From Caldilineaceae bacterium (GTDB lineage: Bacteria; Chloroflexota; Anaerolineae; Caldilineales; Caldilineaceae): DNA of 64,000 nt. The stretch spans positions 3,142,399-3,206,398 of the forward strand of contig OZ252089.1 in assembly GCA_965248125.1 (NCBI GenBank), read 5' to 3'. Made by a program: the position numbers and the translations under genes. Each line of letters opens with the position of its first letter. Position 1 is the first letter of the stretch. The notes beneath the pieces are model-generated. The model did not search any database. It was given only the letters and a program-made list of their open reading frames with translations, and had not been told where the DNA came from. Below are positions 9,939-19,185 of this stretch, piece by piece.

Positions 9939-10211
9939 ATGACGCATACGATTTTTGACACCTGCATCCGCGATGGGGCCTGCGTTGAGGTTTGTCCCGT
10001 GGAATGCATTATTCCTGGTGAACCTGAGGAAGAATGGCCTTGGTTCTATATTGATCCGGATACCTGTATTGACTGTGGAGCCTGTGTACCCGAGTGCCCA
10101 GTGGACTCGATTTTGCCAGAGGAAGACTTGCCCGAAGAGCAACAGTACTGTACTGAACTGAACGCGCTGTACTTTACGGAAGGACCTGGATACGCGGCTT
10201 TGGATGTGTAA
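9939..10211 (+). CDS. 7Fe-type ferredoxin ([3Fe-4S][4Fe-4S]-like), copy 1
   Basis: Motifs C-x5-C-x3-CP (CIRDGACVEVCP) and C-x2-C-x2-C-x3-CP (CIDCGACVPECP). ATG 9939 with GAGGAAG upstream. Confidence 0.85.
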   Translation: MTHTIFDTCIRDGACVEVCPVECIIPGEPEEEWPWFYIDPDTCIDCGACVPECPVDSILPEEDLPEEQQYCTELNALYFTEGPGYAALDV

Positions 10212-10246
10212 TGGCCTGCTTCCCAAGAGTACTCTGAGGAATCACC

Positions 10247-10516
10247 ATGACCCACGTAATCTTTGATGAATGCATACGCGACGGGGCTTGCGTAGAAGTC
10301 TGTCCGGTCGAATGCATAATTCCCGGTCATCCGGAATCGGACTGGCCTTGGTTTTTCATCGATCCTGTCACATGCATTGACTGTGGTGCCTGCGTCCCTG
10401 AATGTCCAGTAGATGCCATCCTGCCTGAAGAAGACCTATCTGAGGAACAGCAATACTGTACAGATCTGAATGCCATGTATTTCACGGAAGGTCCCGGTTA
10501 TTCTGCTCTGGGCTAA
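10247..10516 (+). CDS. 7Fe-type ferredoxin, copy 2 (tandem paralog)
   Basis: Same Cys pattern as copy 1. 76 of 89 aligned residues identical to copy 1 by manual alignment. 35 nt spacer containing GAGGAA. Confidence 0.85.
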   Translation: MTHVIFDECIRDGACVEVCPVECIIPGHPESDWPWFFIDPVTCIDCGACVPECPVDAILPEEDLSEEQQYCTDLNAMYFTEGPGYSALG

Positions 10517-10558
10517 TTGGTCGGTGCAGTGCCTTTCGCTGTCGAAAGTAGCTTTCCG

Positions 10559-10588
10559 CCCGCAGACTCGGTAATAACGGTCTGCGGG
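10559..10588 (+). terminator. Candidate intrinsic terminator after ferredoxin copy 2
   Basis: 9 bp stem cccgcagac / gtctgcggg with a 12 nt loop, followed by tcttgattc. Confidence 0.35.
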
Positions 10589-10616
10589 TCTTGATTCAAA
10601 CAGGTACAGAAACACC

Positions 10617-11402
10617 ATGGCGAATGAAGAGCAAGAATGGCAAGAGCCGGACTGGGAGGGTGTCCGCAACGTCCTTGTAATCATGGCGCACCCTGACGAC
10701 CCGGATATATCTAGCGGCGGTACCGCCATCCTCATGGGTCAGCAGGGCATTGATGTCCATTACATGATCCTGACCAACGGTGATAAAGGTAATCACAATC
10801 CCGAGATCACCCATAACCAACTGGTACTAATGCGCCAGAAGGAACAGCGGGACGCAGCTGCCACCAGCGGCGTCAAACAGGTACTATTCATGGGAGAGGA
10901 GGATGGGTTCCTGACGCCCAGCCGCGATCTTAGGGAGCGGGTGACCCGCATCATCCGCACCATCAGGCCAGAAATCATCATTTGCCCGGATCCCACACGC
11001 TTCTACGGAGGCTCGGGCTACATCAATCATCCGGATCATCGGAACGCAGGCACTGTCGCTTTTGAGGCGATTTTTCCGGCATCGGACAACCGCATGTTCT
11101 TTCCCGAAATGCTGGATGAAGGTTTTCTTCCTCATAAGATTAAGCAGCTGTACATTTCCAATTTTGATCAAGGCAACACTCGGGTGGATGTCTCATCCGT
11201 AATTGAAACCAAGATCGAAGCCATTCTCTGCCACACCAGTCAATTCGGAGAACGGGAGAAACAGGCGACCCGCCGTTGGATGGAACGCTGGGGAGAAGAG
11301 AACGAAGACGGTACCCGCACCCATTGGGAGCGCTTCCAGGTCATGAAGTTTGCCCCCCGCCGCACAGATGAAGAAGCAGAAGAGGCCAAAAAAGAGGAAT
11401 AG
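10617..11402 (+). CDS. PIG-L / LmbE family deacetylase
   Basis: Motifs [10 protein letters not shown] and INHPDHRN. Acidic, lysine-rich C-terminal tail. Confidence 0.85.
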   Translation: MANEEQEWQEPDWEGVRNVLVIMAHPDDPDISSGGTAILMGQQGIDVHYMILTNGDKGNHNPEITHNQLVLMRQKEQRDAAATSGVKQVLFMGEEDGFLTPSRDLRERVTRIIRTIRPEIIICPDPTRFYGGSGYINHPDHRNAGTVAFEAIFPASDNRMFFPEMLDEGFLPHKIKQLYISNFDQGNTRVDVSSVIETKIEAILCHTSQFGEREKQATRRWMERWGEENEDGTRTHWERFQVMKFAPRRTDEEAEEAKKEE

Positions 11403-11464
11403 GCTACCAATGAGGGCTAAACTGCCAGCCGGTTAGCCTGCGCTGGAACCCAATCTGAGCACAA

Positions 11465-11512
11465 GCGAAACCAAAGAGCGTACCTTGACCGAGGTACGCT
11501 CTTTGGTTTCGC
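11465..11512. terminator. Hairpin with a perfect 20 bp stem between convergent genes (probable bidirectional terminator)
   Basis: gcgaaaccaaagagcgtacc (11465-11484) pairs perfectly with ggtacgctctttggtttcgc (11493-11512). 8 nt loop. Confidence 0.6.
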
Positions 11513-11540
11513 GTAACTTTGTCAAAAATCCGGCCGCGAG

Positions 11541-12926
11541 CTAGTTGTGAACCAACACTTCCATGCCCAAAGAAGCGAAATTGTAAAGCAATTCGGCATC
11601 TTGTTCCCGCATGTTCACGCAGCCGTGGGACATGGGATTACCAAAATTATTGTGCCAGTATGCTCCATGCATAGCGTACCCACTGAAGAAGTACATGTTG
11701 TATTTCACATTGTCCAGGGAATAGCCAGGGCCGCTCATGGTCTGGGATGGATTCATATGCCAGACACGGAACAGCCCCACTGGAGTCGGAGTATTGGCCA
11801 GGCCACTGCTAATTTCGGTCTCCAAGATTAATTCGCCACCATTCCAGGCCCGCAAAGTTTGCTGGGACAGATCGATGTCTACCCAGCGGTTACCTCCAAA
11901 ATTCGGGTCATTAGTCAAGTCCACCGGAATTTTCAGGCGCTGCCCGACAGCGACCACTCCTGAGGATGATAAGGCATTGAAATTGTAGATATTGCCGGAG
12001 TCCACACCATATTTGCTGGCTATAGAGTTGACGGTCTCTCCGGACTTAACAACATGCAGGAAGCTGGCGGGAGGTTGGAACCCCTGCAATTGAACCCGGT
12101 TAGGCAGGGCTACTGGCTCTATAACGGATTCCGCAACCAACACCTCAGGTAGAGACGGCACCGAAGCCGGTGCCGCAGTAGGAGCTATGTACGGCATAGC
12201 CGGTCCAGTACCATTTGGCTGTACGGGGAGCCGCAGATTCTGGCCGATCCAAACAGGAGCATTCAGTTCGAGTCCGTTGACCTCCAGCAAGTCAACCAAG
12301 GGCACATCGAATTTTAAAGCCACCGTATCAAGAGATTCTCCGATTCGCATGACATAGGTTTGCGAGGAAGGGCTGGGATTTGGGGCCACCACTATGACCT
12401 CGGGAACCGGATTGGCAGTAAAAAGAGGTGCCGTCAAAGTTCTGAAAGTATCAGTGCTCGGAATGAGCAGCATCTGCCCGAATTCAATGGAGCTAGCATC
12501 TTTCAATCCATTGTAAATAGCTATTGACTGCCAGGTAAGTCCATGTGCGCGGGCGATGGAACTCAGGGTTTCACCGAATTGGACCCGATGGCTAACGGGT
12601 TGCTTCAGAGGTGTAGTGTCGTCTGCCGCGGCGATATCGGCCAAGGTTTCAGAAAAAGGAACAGTATCTGTGCCGGAAGGGGCCTCTGGAGTGGGCACTA
12701 ACACTTGCTGTCCCACAAAAATGAGGTCAAGGTCTTCAATGCCGTTGTATGCCGCCAGCTGCGAAATACCAATATCAAAGCGGCGGGCAATACTGGCCAA
12801 CGTGTCGCCCGGTTGCACTTCGTGCACCTCTTCCAGGGCCGACACAGGGGTGCTCAATAGAGCAAGCAAAAGCGGCACCAGAGCCAAGCCCTTCAGCCGC
12901 CGCAAACCGTTCATTAAAAATGTCAT
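11541..12926 (-). CDS. Secreted L,D-transpeptidase (YkuD domain) with four LysM repeats
   Basis: Four LysM units (HEVQPGDTLASIARRF.., HRVQFGETLSSIARAH.., YVMRIGESLDTVALKF.., HVVKSGETVNSIASKY..). C-terminal catalytic motif SHGCVNM. Start set at MTFLMNG with GAGGTG upstream. Signal-like N-terminus. Confidence 0.85.
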   Translation of the reverse strand: MTFLMNGLRRLKGLALVPLLLALLSTPVSALEEVHEVQPGDTLASIARRFDIGISQLAAYNGIEDLDLIFVGQQVLVPTPEAPSGTDTVPFSETLADIAAADDTTPLKQPVSHRVQFGETLSSIARAHGLTWQSIAIYNGLKDASSIEFGQMLLIPSTDTFRTLTAPLFTANPVPEVIVVAPNPSPSSQTYVMRIGESLDTVALKFDVPLVDLLEVNGLELNAPVWIGQNLRLPVQPNGTGPAMPYIAPTAAPASVPSLPEVLVAESVIEPVALPNRVQLQGFQPPASFLHVVKSGETVNSIASKYGVDSGNIYNFNALSSSGVVAVGQRLKIPVDLTNDPNFGGNRWVDIDLSQQTLRAWNGGELILETEISSGLANTPTPVGLFRVWHMNPSQTMSGPGYSLDNVKYNMYFFSGYAMHGAYWHNNFGNPMSHGCVNMREQDAELLYNFASLGMEVLVHN

Positions 12927-13090
12927 CACACACCTCGCTATTTCCTTTCGGCGCATTCCCCTATAACGAAGTGTGCTTCAGTGGTTGCCTCTCAGACCTG
13001 TCTAAAAGGTAGAGGGGAAACTCTAACGCCTGACCACCATCCATCGTGGCCACTAATTTAGTATAGCAACTTCAGGCACAAATTTCTTGG

Positions 13091-13112
13091 GCTCTCAGAG
13101 GCCTCTGAGAGC
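13091..13112. repeat. Perfect 22 nt palindrome followed by TTTGGTTT on the plus strand
   Basis: gctctcagaggcctctgagagc, with every position self-complementary. Lies between the tRNA-Leu gene and the LysM-YkuD gene start. Confidence 0.4.
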
Positions 13113-13285
13113 TTTGGTTTAAAGGGAAAAGAACGAGAAGTCAACTGTGCCCTGCAAAACTCTTCGCCGAATGCCAGTTACACACCACCAAAGCGTTCCA
13201 CATTCGTCCGCGATAGCTCCGCGTTGTCCGGTTTTGCTCTGCGAATCAAGAACTTCGACCTCGGAAGGACTTAATGAACTAAGAG

Positions 13286-13368
<83 letters not shown>

Positions 13369-13444
13369 TGGCAGCCTTCGCGGGGGATCTTAGGGGCATG
13401 GAACAGCTCTGTCAACCAACTGCCCAGGAAGATCGCTCTTTTCG

Positions 13445-14554
13445 TCACTTTTGTGCATTTGCCACATTCTCCAAGTGCTCTGCATACGTCTCGGCAAAAA
13501 AGTGTGTCCCGCTGTGATCTGGTTTGGCTACAAAGAAGAGGAAATCATGGTCCTCTGGTTGGATCACGGCCAGGAACGCTGTTCGTCCCGGCGTCGAAAT
13601 TGGACCGGCCGGCAGACCGGGGACTACATAGGTGTTGAAGGGGCTATCCAGCTGGCGTACATCAGGATCATCCATGTCATGCAGCCACCAGCTCAGCTCT
13701 AGGGGGTTGTAGCCTGCAGCGTACAGAGTTGTTGAATCCACTTGCAGCGGCATTCCCACTTCAAGGCGGTTGAGCAACACCCCAGCCACACGCGGCATTT
13801 CAGCCTCCTGGGCTGCTTCTCGTTGCACAATACTGGCCAAAATCACGGCTTCATGCAGGGCGAGGTCGACATCAACTCGCATCTGACGAAACAGAGGCAA
13901 CAGTTGTTCTTCAAACTCTTCCAATTGGAGTGTCACCAGCTGTTCCGCTCGGTTGTTTTCCCGCGGTATGAAATAACTAGCGGGATACAGATAGCCTTCC
14001 AAAGAAAGCAACAATGGAGCTGGTGGCAAAAATGTGAACTGCTGCTGCCACTGAGCCAGAGCGGCCCCGCTTTGAGTTAATTCCAAATAGCGTGCACTGC
14101 TGTCCAAGCCAGACTGCTCCAACTGGGCTGCTGTCTCTTCCAGACGCAGGCCTTCCTTAACTGTAAGTCGGGGGCCGAAACCCAGACTGTATTGCAAGGC
14201 TTGAGCCAATTCTAGAATGGTCATACCCGCGCTGAGTTGGTAAGTGCCCGCTTCCAGTAGGGTGTCCCAACCTTCCACCTCAACGTAGCTGGCAAAAAGC
14301 CGAGGATCATCGATGATTTTGGCCCGTTCCAGAGCTTTCGCGATGTCCCACGCGTTCTGGCCGTGCTGGACTTCAAACTCCTGGACCGGCGCATTTACGC
14401 GCAATGGGGTACCCAGTTCGGCCAAATGCCGTTCTACATATCCCGCAGGACTGATGGGCATGCAACCTGCCAGCACCCCACTCAAACAGAAAAGAGCAGG
14501 GACCCAGATCCTGTATGACCAGGCAATGGACCTGGTCCCGAGCAATGGCCTCAT
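13445..14554 (-). CDS. mltG: Endolytic murein transglycosylase MltG (YceG family)
   Basis: Motifs ILASIVQREA, NRLEVGMPLQVDSTTLYA and SPFNTYVVPGLPAGPISTPG. N-terminal TM anchor. Confidence 0.85.
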   Translation of the reverse strand: MRPLLGTRSIAWSYRIWVPALFCLSGVLAGCMPISPAGYVERHLAELGTPLRVNAPVQEFEVQHGQNAWDIAKALERAKIIDDPRLFASYVEVEGWDTLLEAGTYQLSAGMTILELAQALQYSLGFGPRLTVKEGLRLEETAAQLEQSGLDSSARYLELTQSGAALAQWQQQFTFLPPAPLLLSLEGYLYPASYFIPRENNRAEQLVTLQLEEFEEQLLPLFRQMRVDVDLALHEAVILASIVQREAAQEAEMPRVAGVLLNRLEVGMPLQVDSTTLYAAGYNPLELSWWLHDMDDPDVRQLDSPFNTYVVPGLPAGPISTPGRTAFLAVIQPEDHDFLFFVAKPDHSGTHFFAETYAEHLENVANAQK

Positions 14555-15537
14555 GCAGTACGGCAGTTCGGGTCCAGTCTGAAAGTTTGCTGCAAACCAA
14601 CAGCCAGGTCCACCTGGGGCCGAAAATCCAATACTGCTTGGGCTTTGGAAATGTCTGCCACGAGTTGTGGCACGCCGCCTTCCAACTGCAAATTATGCAG
14701 CAGGCTGGGAGTTTGGCCCACGGCCTGTCCGATCGTGGCTGCCAGGTCGTTAATGGAAGTTCCCACGCCGCTCCCGATATTAATAATCTCTCCACTCAGA
14801 TTGGGTTTGATAGCTGCGGCCACAAGTCCATCCACCACGTCATCAACATAGATGAAGTCCCGAGTCTGGGTGCCGTCCCCGAATATCAGAACTGACCTCT
14901 GGTGCAACACGTCCTGCATGAACCGCGGTATTACAGGAGCATTGACTGGCGGGGCTGGCTGCTGCGGTCCGTACGCATTAAAAATCCGCAAAGCCACTGC
15001 TTCAAAGTGATTGATGCGGGCCAGGGAGAGCAAGTAATGTTCCGCTGCTACTTTGGAAACGGCGTATGGAGCGGCGGGCCGCAACGTCACGTCTTCAGCT
15101 ACAGGCTGGGTGGGCAAGGCCCCATAGACGGTCGCGCTACTAGCTAGAATTACCCTCTTGACCCCAACATCCCGACTGGCTTCAAGTAGGGAGACTGTGC
15201 CGCCGACATTGACAGTATTGTATTCCCCAGGGTAGTGGGCAGAAGCCGGTACGCTGACCCGAGCAGCCAGATGAAACACTACTTCCACCCCCTGCAGCAA
15301 AGTCCAGAGTTGAGGGATATCATTGACATCCCCGCGCTGCAGGAAAATCTGCTCATGCAGACCGTCGGGGTTGCCGCTACTGAGGTCGTCCAACACCCGC
15401 ACCAGCCAACCCATGCTCTGTAGGCGATTGGCCAGGTGAGTGCCGATAAAACCGGCCCCGCCAGTAATCAGGGTTCTCATAATCTGTCGATTGGGGTTGC
15501 CTATGCCTGCGGCCAAGCGCGGAATCACAGCCGCCAT
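14551..15537 (-). CDS. NAD-dependent nucleotide-sugar epimerase/dehydratase (extended SDR)
   Basis: Motifs LITGGAGFIGTHL and YAVSK. The alternative start MRTLITGG at 15480 fits the family N-terminus better. 4 nt overlap with mltG. Confidence 0.85.
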   Translation of the reverse strand: MAAVIPRLAAGIGNPNRQIMRTLITGGAGFIGTHLANRLQSMGWLVRVLDDLSSGNPDGLHEQIFLQRGDVNDIPQLWTLLQGVEVVFHLAARVSVPASAHYPGEYNTVNVGGTVSLLEASRDVGVKRVILASSATVYGALPTQPVAEDVTLRPAAPYAVSKVAAEHYLLSLARINHFEAVALRIFNAYGPQQPAPPVNAPVIPRFMQDVLHQRSVLIFGDGTQTRDFIYVDDVVDGLVAAAIKPNLSGEIINIGSGVGTSINDLAATIGQAVGQTPSLLHNLQLEGGVPQLVADISKAQAVLDFRPQVDLAVGLQQTFRLDPNCRTA

Positions 15538-15608
15538 CCCAATGTTAACTTAAAATCGGTGGGCGAGGCCCTTTCGGCCCCGCATATCTGCGATCCTGGG
15601 AGCGCAAT

Positions 15609-16556
15609 TTGGCGAATCGTATTCTGATTACTGGCGTGACAGGATTCCTGGGCCGCCACCTGACGCGGGCTCTGTCAATTGCCTCTGAAAACGAGGTTTT
15701 CGGGGTAGCTCGCGGTGAGGGATTTTTGAACCCGCCCAATTTACCTTGCCATTGGCTGCCAGGCGACCTGACGGATGCAGTATGGACGCGTAAGACCGTG
15801 CAGGCCGTCCGGCCTACCCATTGTTATCATTTGGCTGGACAGAGTCGGGAGAGCGCAAGTTGGTCACAGCCCTGGCGCACTTACGAAGCCAACCTGCATA
15901 GCCAGTTGAATTTGTTGGAAGCTATGGCTACATTGGCACCTGATTGCCGGACTCTGATAGCTTCCAGTAGCTCCGTGTATGGTTTCATGTCAGGAACTGC
16001 CCTGCGTGAAACAGATCCGCTGCGGCCCGTTTCGCCCTATGGAGTCAGCAAGGCAAGTCAGGAACTGATGGCGCGCCAATACGCTATCAGCCATCGTCTG
16101 CCAACGATCGTGACCCGCAACTTCAACATTATTGGCCCAGGTCAATCCCCATCCTTCGCTTTCAGCTCATTCGCCTGCCAGATCGCTCGAGCTGAGCGCG
16201 GCGAACAACCCGCACTGCTGGAAACCGGCAATCTCGAGGTGTCTCGAGACTTCCTGGATGTGCAGGACTTACTGGGGGCATGGGAATTGGTTATGGCGCA
16301 AGGAAAGCCAGGACAGGCCTACAATGTGGGCAGCGGTTCGCAGCACAAGCTGCGAGCCGTCGTCGGTAGGCTGTTGGCCTTGGCGGAAGTTCCCATGGAA
16401 ATCAAGACAGCGGCCCACCGCCATCGAGCCAGTTCGACCGATCCTCCTGCCCTGGAAGCAGACACTCATAAACTGCAGGCTTTGGGACCATGGCAGCCCT
16501 GCATTCTCCTGGACCAGACATTGGCGGAAATCCTCGCCTATTGGCGGTCACATTGA
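15609..16556 (+). CDS. NAD-dependent epimerase/reductase, probably GDP-4-keto-6-deoxy-D-mannose reductase-like
   Basis: Motifs ILITGVTGFLGRHL and YGVSK. TTG start with GGGAG upstream. Sits immediately upstream of gmd. Confidence 0.65.
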   Translation: MANRILITGVTGFLGRHLTRALSIASENEVFGVARGEGFLNPPNLPCHWLPGDLTDAVWTRKTVQAVRPTHCYHLAGQSRESASWSQPWRTYEANLHSQLNLLEAMATLAPDCRTLIASSSSVYGFMSGTALRETDPLRPVSPYGVSKASQELMARQYAISHRLPTIVTRNFNIIGPGQSPSFAFSSFACQIARAERGEQPALLETGNLEVSRDFLDVQDLLGAWELVMAQGKPGQAYNVGSGSQHKLRAVVGRLLALAEVPMEIKTAAHRHRASSTDPPALEADTHKLQALGPWQPCILLDQTLAEILAYWRSH

Positions 16557-16622
16557 GAAAGGCCCTCGGACGCAGGTCCCTCACTCTATAAACGAAAACC
16601 CATAGCAATGAGAAAAGGAAGT

Positions 16623-17597
16623 ATGTCTTCGAAAGTAGCAATGATCACCGGCATTACCGGTCAAGATGGCAGTTACCTGGCGGAACTGCTGCTCAGCAAA
16701 GGCTACACCGTAGTCGGCATGGTCCGACGCACCAGCATTCAGAAACACGACCGCATTGAACACATCCAAGATCAACTGCATTTGGAGCAGGGAGACTTGC
16801 TGGACCAGACGAGCTTGAACAACATCATCCGCAAGTATCAGCCTTCTGAAATCTACAATCTGGCCGCCCAAAGCTTCATTCCCGCCAGTTTCGAGGCACC
16901 AGTCCTGACCGGAGAGACTACAGCCTTAGGAGTTACCAGAATGCTGGAGGCGATCCGGGAAGTGAATCCGGAGATCCGCTTTTATCAGGCCAGCAGTAGC
17001 GAAATGTTTGGCAAGGTACGCGAGACTCCCCAGACCGAACTGACCCCCTTCTATCCACGCAGCCCATACGGAGCTGCCAAAGTATATGGACACTGGCTGA
17101 CTGTCAATTATCGTGAAGCCTACAACCTCTTCGCCTGTTCTGGCATTCTCTTTAATCACGAGAGTCCCCGCCGGGGCATGGAGTTCGCAACTCGCAAGAT
17201 TACATACCATGTGGCATTAATCAAGCAGGGACTGGCTACCCAGTTGCCATTGGGCAATCTGGACTCCTCCAGGGACTGGGGTTATGCCCCGGATTACGTG
17301 AAAGCCATGTGGTTGATGCTACAACAGGATCAACCAGACGACTATGTAGTAGCGACCGGGGAGACGCATCGCATTCGCGACTTCGTACAAGCGGCCTTTG
17401 AAGTTGTGGACCTGCCCTGGCAGGACTATGTGGTTCAGGATGAGCGCTTCATGCGAAAGGCTGATGTGGACTTGTTGGTGGGAGACGCATCGAAAGCAGG
17501 CGCAGCATTGCTTTGGGAGCCGACTCTGGATTTCAAGGGCTTGGTAGCTACGATGGTGGAAGCCGACATGGAATTGGTGACTCGAACCAAGACCTGA
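16623..17597 (+). CDS. gmd: GDP-mannose 4,6-dehydratase
   Basis: [36 protein letters not shown], and family-like sequence throughout. The ORF opens at 16608 but the family N-terminus matches ATG 16623. Confidence 0.9.
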   Translation: MSSKVAMITGITGQDGSYLAELLLSKGYTVVGMVRRTSIQKHDRIEHIQDQLHLEQGDLLDQTSLNNIIRKYQPSEIYNLAAQSFIPASFEAPVLTGETTALGVTRMLEAIREVNPEIRFYQASSSEMFGKVRETPQTELTPFYPRSPYGAAKVYGHWLTVNYREAYNLFACSGILFNHESPRRGMEFATRKITYHVALIKQGLATQLPLGNLDSSRDWGYAPDYVKAMWLMLQQDQPDDYVVATGETHRIRDFVQAAFEVVDLPWQDYVVQDERFMRKADVDLLVGDASKAGAALLWEPTLDFKGLVATMVEADMELVTRTKT

Positions 17598-18031
17598 GAA
17601 AGGGTCCGGGAACGGAGCCGCGTGGAGAAAAGCTGTTGTGGGTGCTTGGGGGCCCTGGGCTGAAAACTACCAGCACATAGGGGGCAAGTTAAGCAATGCC
17701 GAATTTGGCGAAGTTTCCGAAGCCCAATACTAGTCAGAAGGCGAAGTCTTGTGCGAGGCTTATGGGGTTGGGCGTCCTTTGCAGGTCCGTACGGAGGTCA
17801 GAACTTGAGGGTTTCCTCTGGTTGCTGCCTTGCCGAATTACCATGCTATTCAGGGGGCCCTTCCACAGGGCTAAGTTGCTTTGCTAAAATCAAGGGCTGT
17901 TTGGTTTTGGCGGACGCTTGAACGGTTGTCTCAAAAGCAGCTGTTCCCCGAAACTGATGGCTCCTTCACGGCAGACAATTGCGCTTCATAGGGGTCCAAC
18001 ACGGATTTAACCTACCAGAGACAAGTTACAA

Positions 18032-18610
18032 ATGGCTGAAACCTTGCGCCTCTTCATCAGTGCGACCTCAGACTTGGAAGCTGAGCGCAATCTTATTGGC
18101 ACCACTTTGGCCCAGTTACCGGCCCATAACCGCGTAGAGATCCGGCGCACTCCGGCATCGGGGGACACGTACAGCAACATTTTTGAGCGGATCGCCAACT
18201 GTGACCGGGTCTTCTTTCTGTTGGGGCAAGACATAACAGCGCCAGCAGGACAGGAATGGTATCTGGCCTTGGAATTGGAACGGCACATTTTCCCCATACG
18301 CAAAGACGTTAACATGACTCCTGCTGGCCTTTCCTTCTTGCGTGGTTCTCTGGTCAAATGGCAGCGTTTCCGCCACGCAGCGGATCTGGAACAGATCGTG
18401 ACCCGAAATCTGATCAGAACTCTACTTAATCCCCATAACCGGTACGGTCTTACCATGACCGAACGGCACCTGTTGCAAACTCACCGATTTCATAGCGCGC
18501 CGGTAGAGGAAGGCGTACGGCCCCGAGGGGCGGAAGGAGGAGGGGTCTTGTTGGATCAGCGGGACCCAGATACCGTCATAGGCGTTAAACTGGATGAGGA
18601 AGAACTGTAG
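18032..18610 (+). CDS. Hypothetical protein with a DUF4062-like N-terminal domain
   Basis: LRLFISATSDLEAERNLI .. IANCDRVFFLLGQDITAPAGQEWYLALE matches my recollection of the DUF4062 pattern (FISST..L..ER ... CD.fv.l.G..yG). Roughly 70 aa C-terminal tail of unknown function. Confidence 0.5.
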   Translation: MAETLRLFISATSDLEAERNLIGTTLAQLPAHNRVEIRRTPASGDTYSNIFERIANCDRVFFLLGQDITAPAGQEWYLALELERHIFPIRKDVNMTPAGLSFLRGSLVKWQRFRHAADLEQIVTRNLIRTLLNPHNRYGLTMTERHLLQTHRFHSAPVEEGVRPRGAEGGGVLLDQRDPDTVIGVKLDEEEL

Positions 18611-18648
18611 GCCATACCAAACCCGCTACTTCAAGGAGAATGACCTCT

Positions 18649-19056
18649 ATGTTGACTTTCAAGCACTTGGCTGTTCGTTGCCGGGATCTGAAAAAGTCCC
18701 GCACTTTCTACGAAAAGGGCTTGGGTTTTACTTTTGTCGGTTTGCGGGGTGCGGGCCCCAGCATGGACTTGAGCGAGAGCCACATGAACCTCACTTTGTT
18801 GCCATTCGAAACAGCTGCCAGTCCGTCCCATCAGGAAGGAGACGAGCACATGCATTTCGGCATCATCGTAGAGAGCCTGGACCCTATATTTGAAAGGCTG
18901 CGCCAGGTTGAGGCGCATATCGTGAAGGAAGATGTCAAGCAGCGGTTTAACTACGAAAAGGAGACCGTACCCATCCGTTCCTTTAAAGTCTTGGATCCTG
19001 ATGGAAACGTAGTTGACATCTCGGAACATCCCCAAGAATGGCGTGTTAGCTCTTGA
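18649..19056 (+). CDS. VOC / glyoxalase-bleomycin resistance family protein
   Basis: MLTFKHLAVRCRDLKKSRTFYEKGLGF. The ORF opens at 18640, but GGAG is only 1 nt from that ATG and 10 nt from ATG 18649. Confidence 0.75.
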   Translation: MLTFKHLAVRCRDLKKSRTFYEKGLGFTFVGLRGAGPSMDLSESHMNLTLLPFETAASPSHQEGDEHMHFGIIVESLDPIFERLRQVEAHIVKEDVKQRFNYEKETVPIRSFKVLDPDGNVVDISEHPQEWRVSS

Positions 19057-19185
19057 CCAGTAGGCAGGATCGGTTATTCCGGTCTGACGGCTCACTCTGA
19101 AACACTCTGGAAATCAGCGCGCGTATTTGGTTGACATAGCGGGTTATCCTAGACTCCCCTCTTACACCAACAGGGGAATCTGGCT

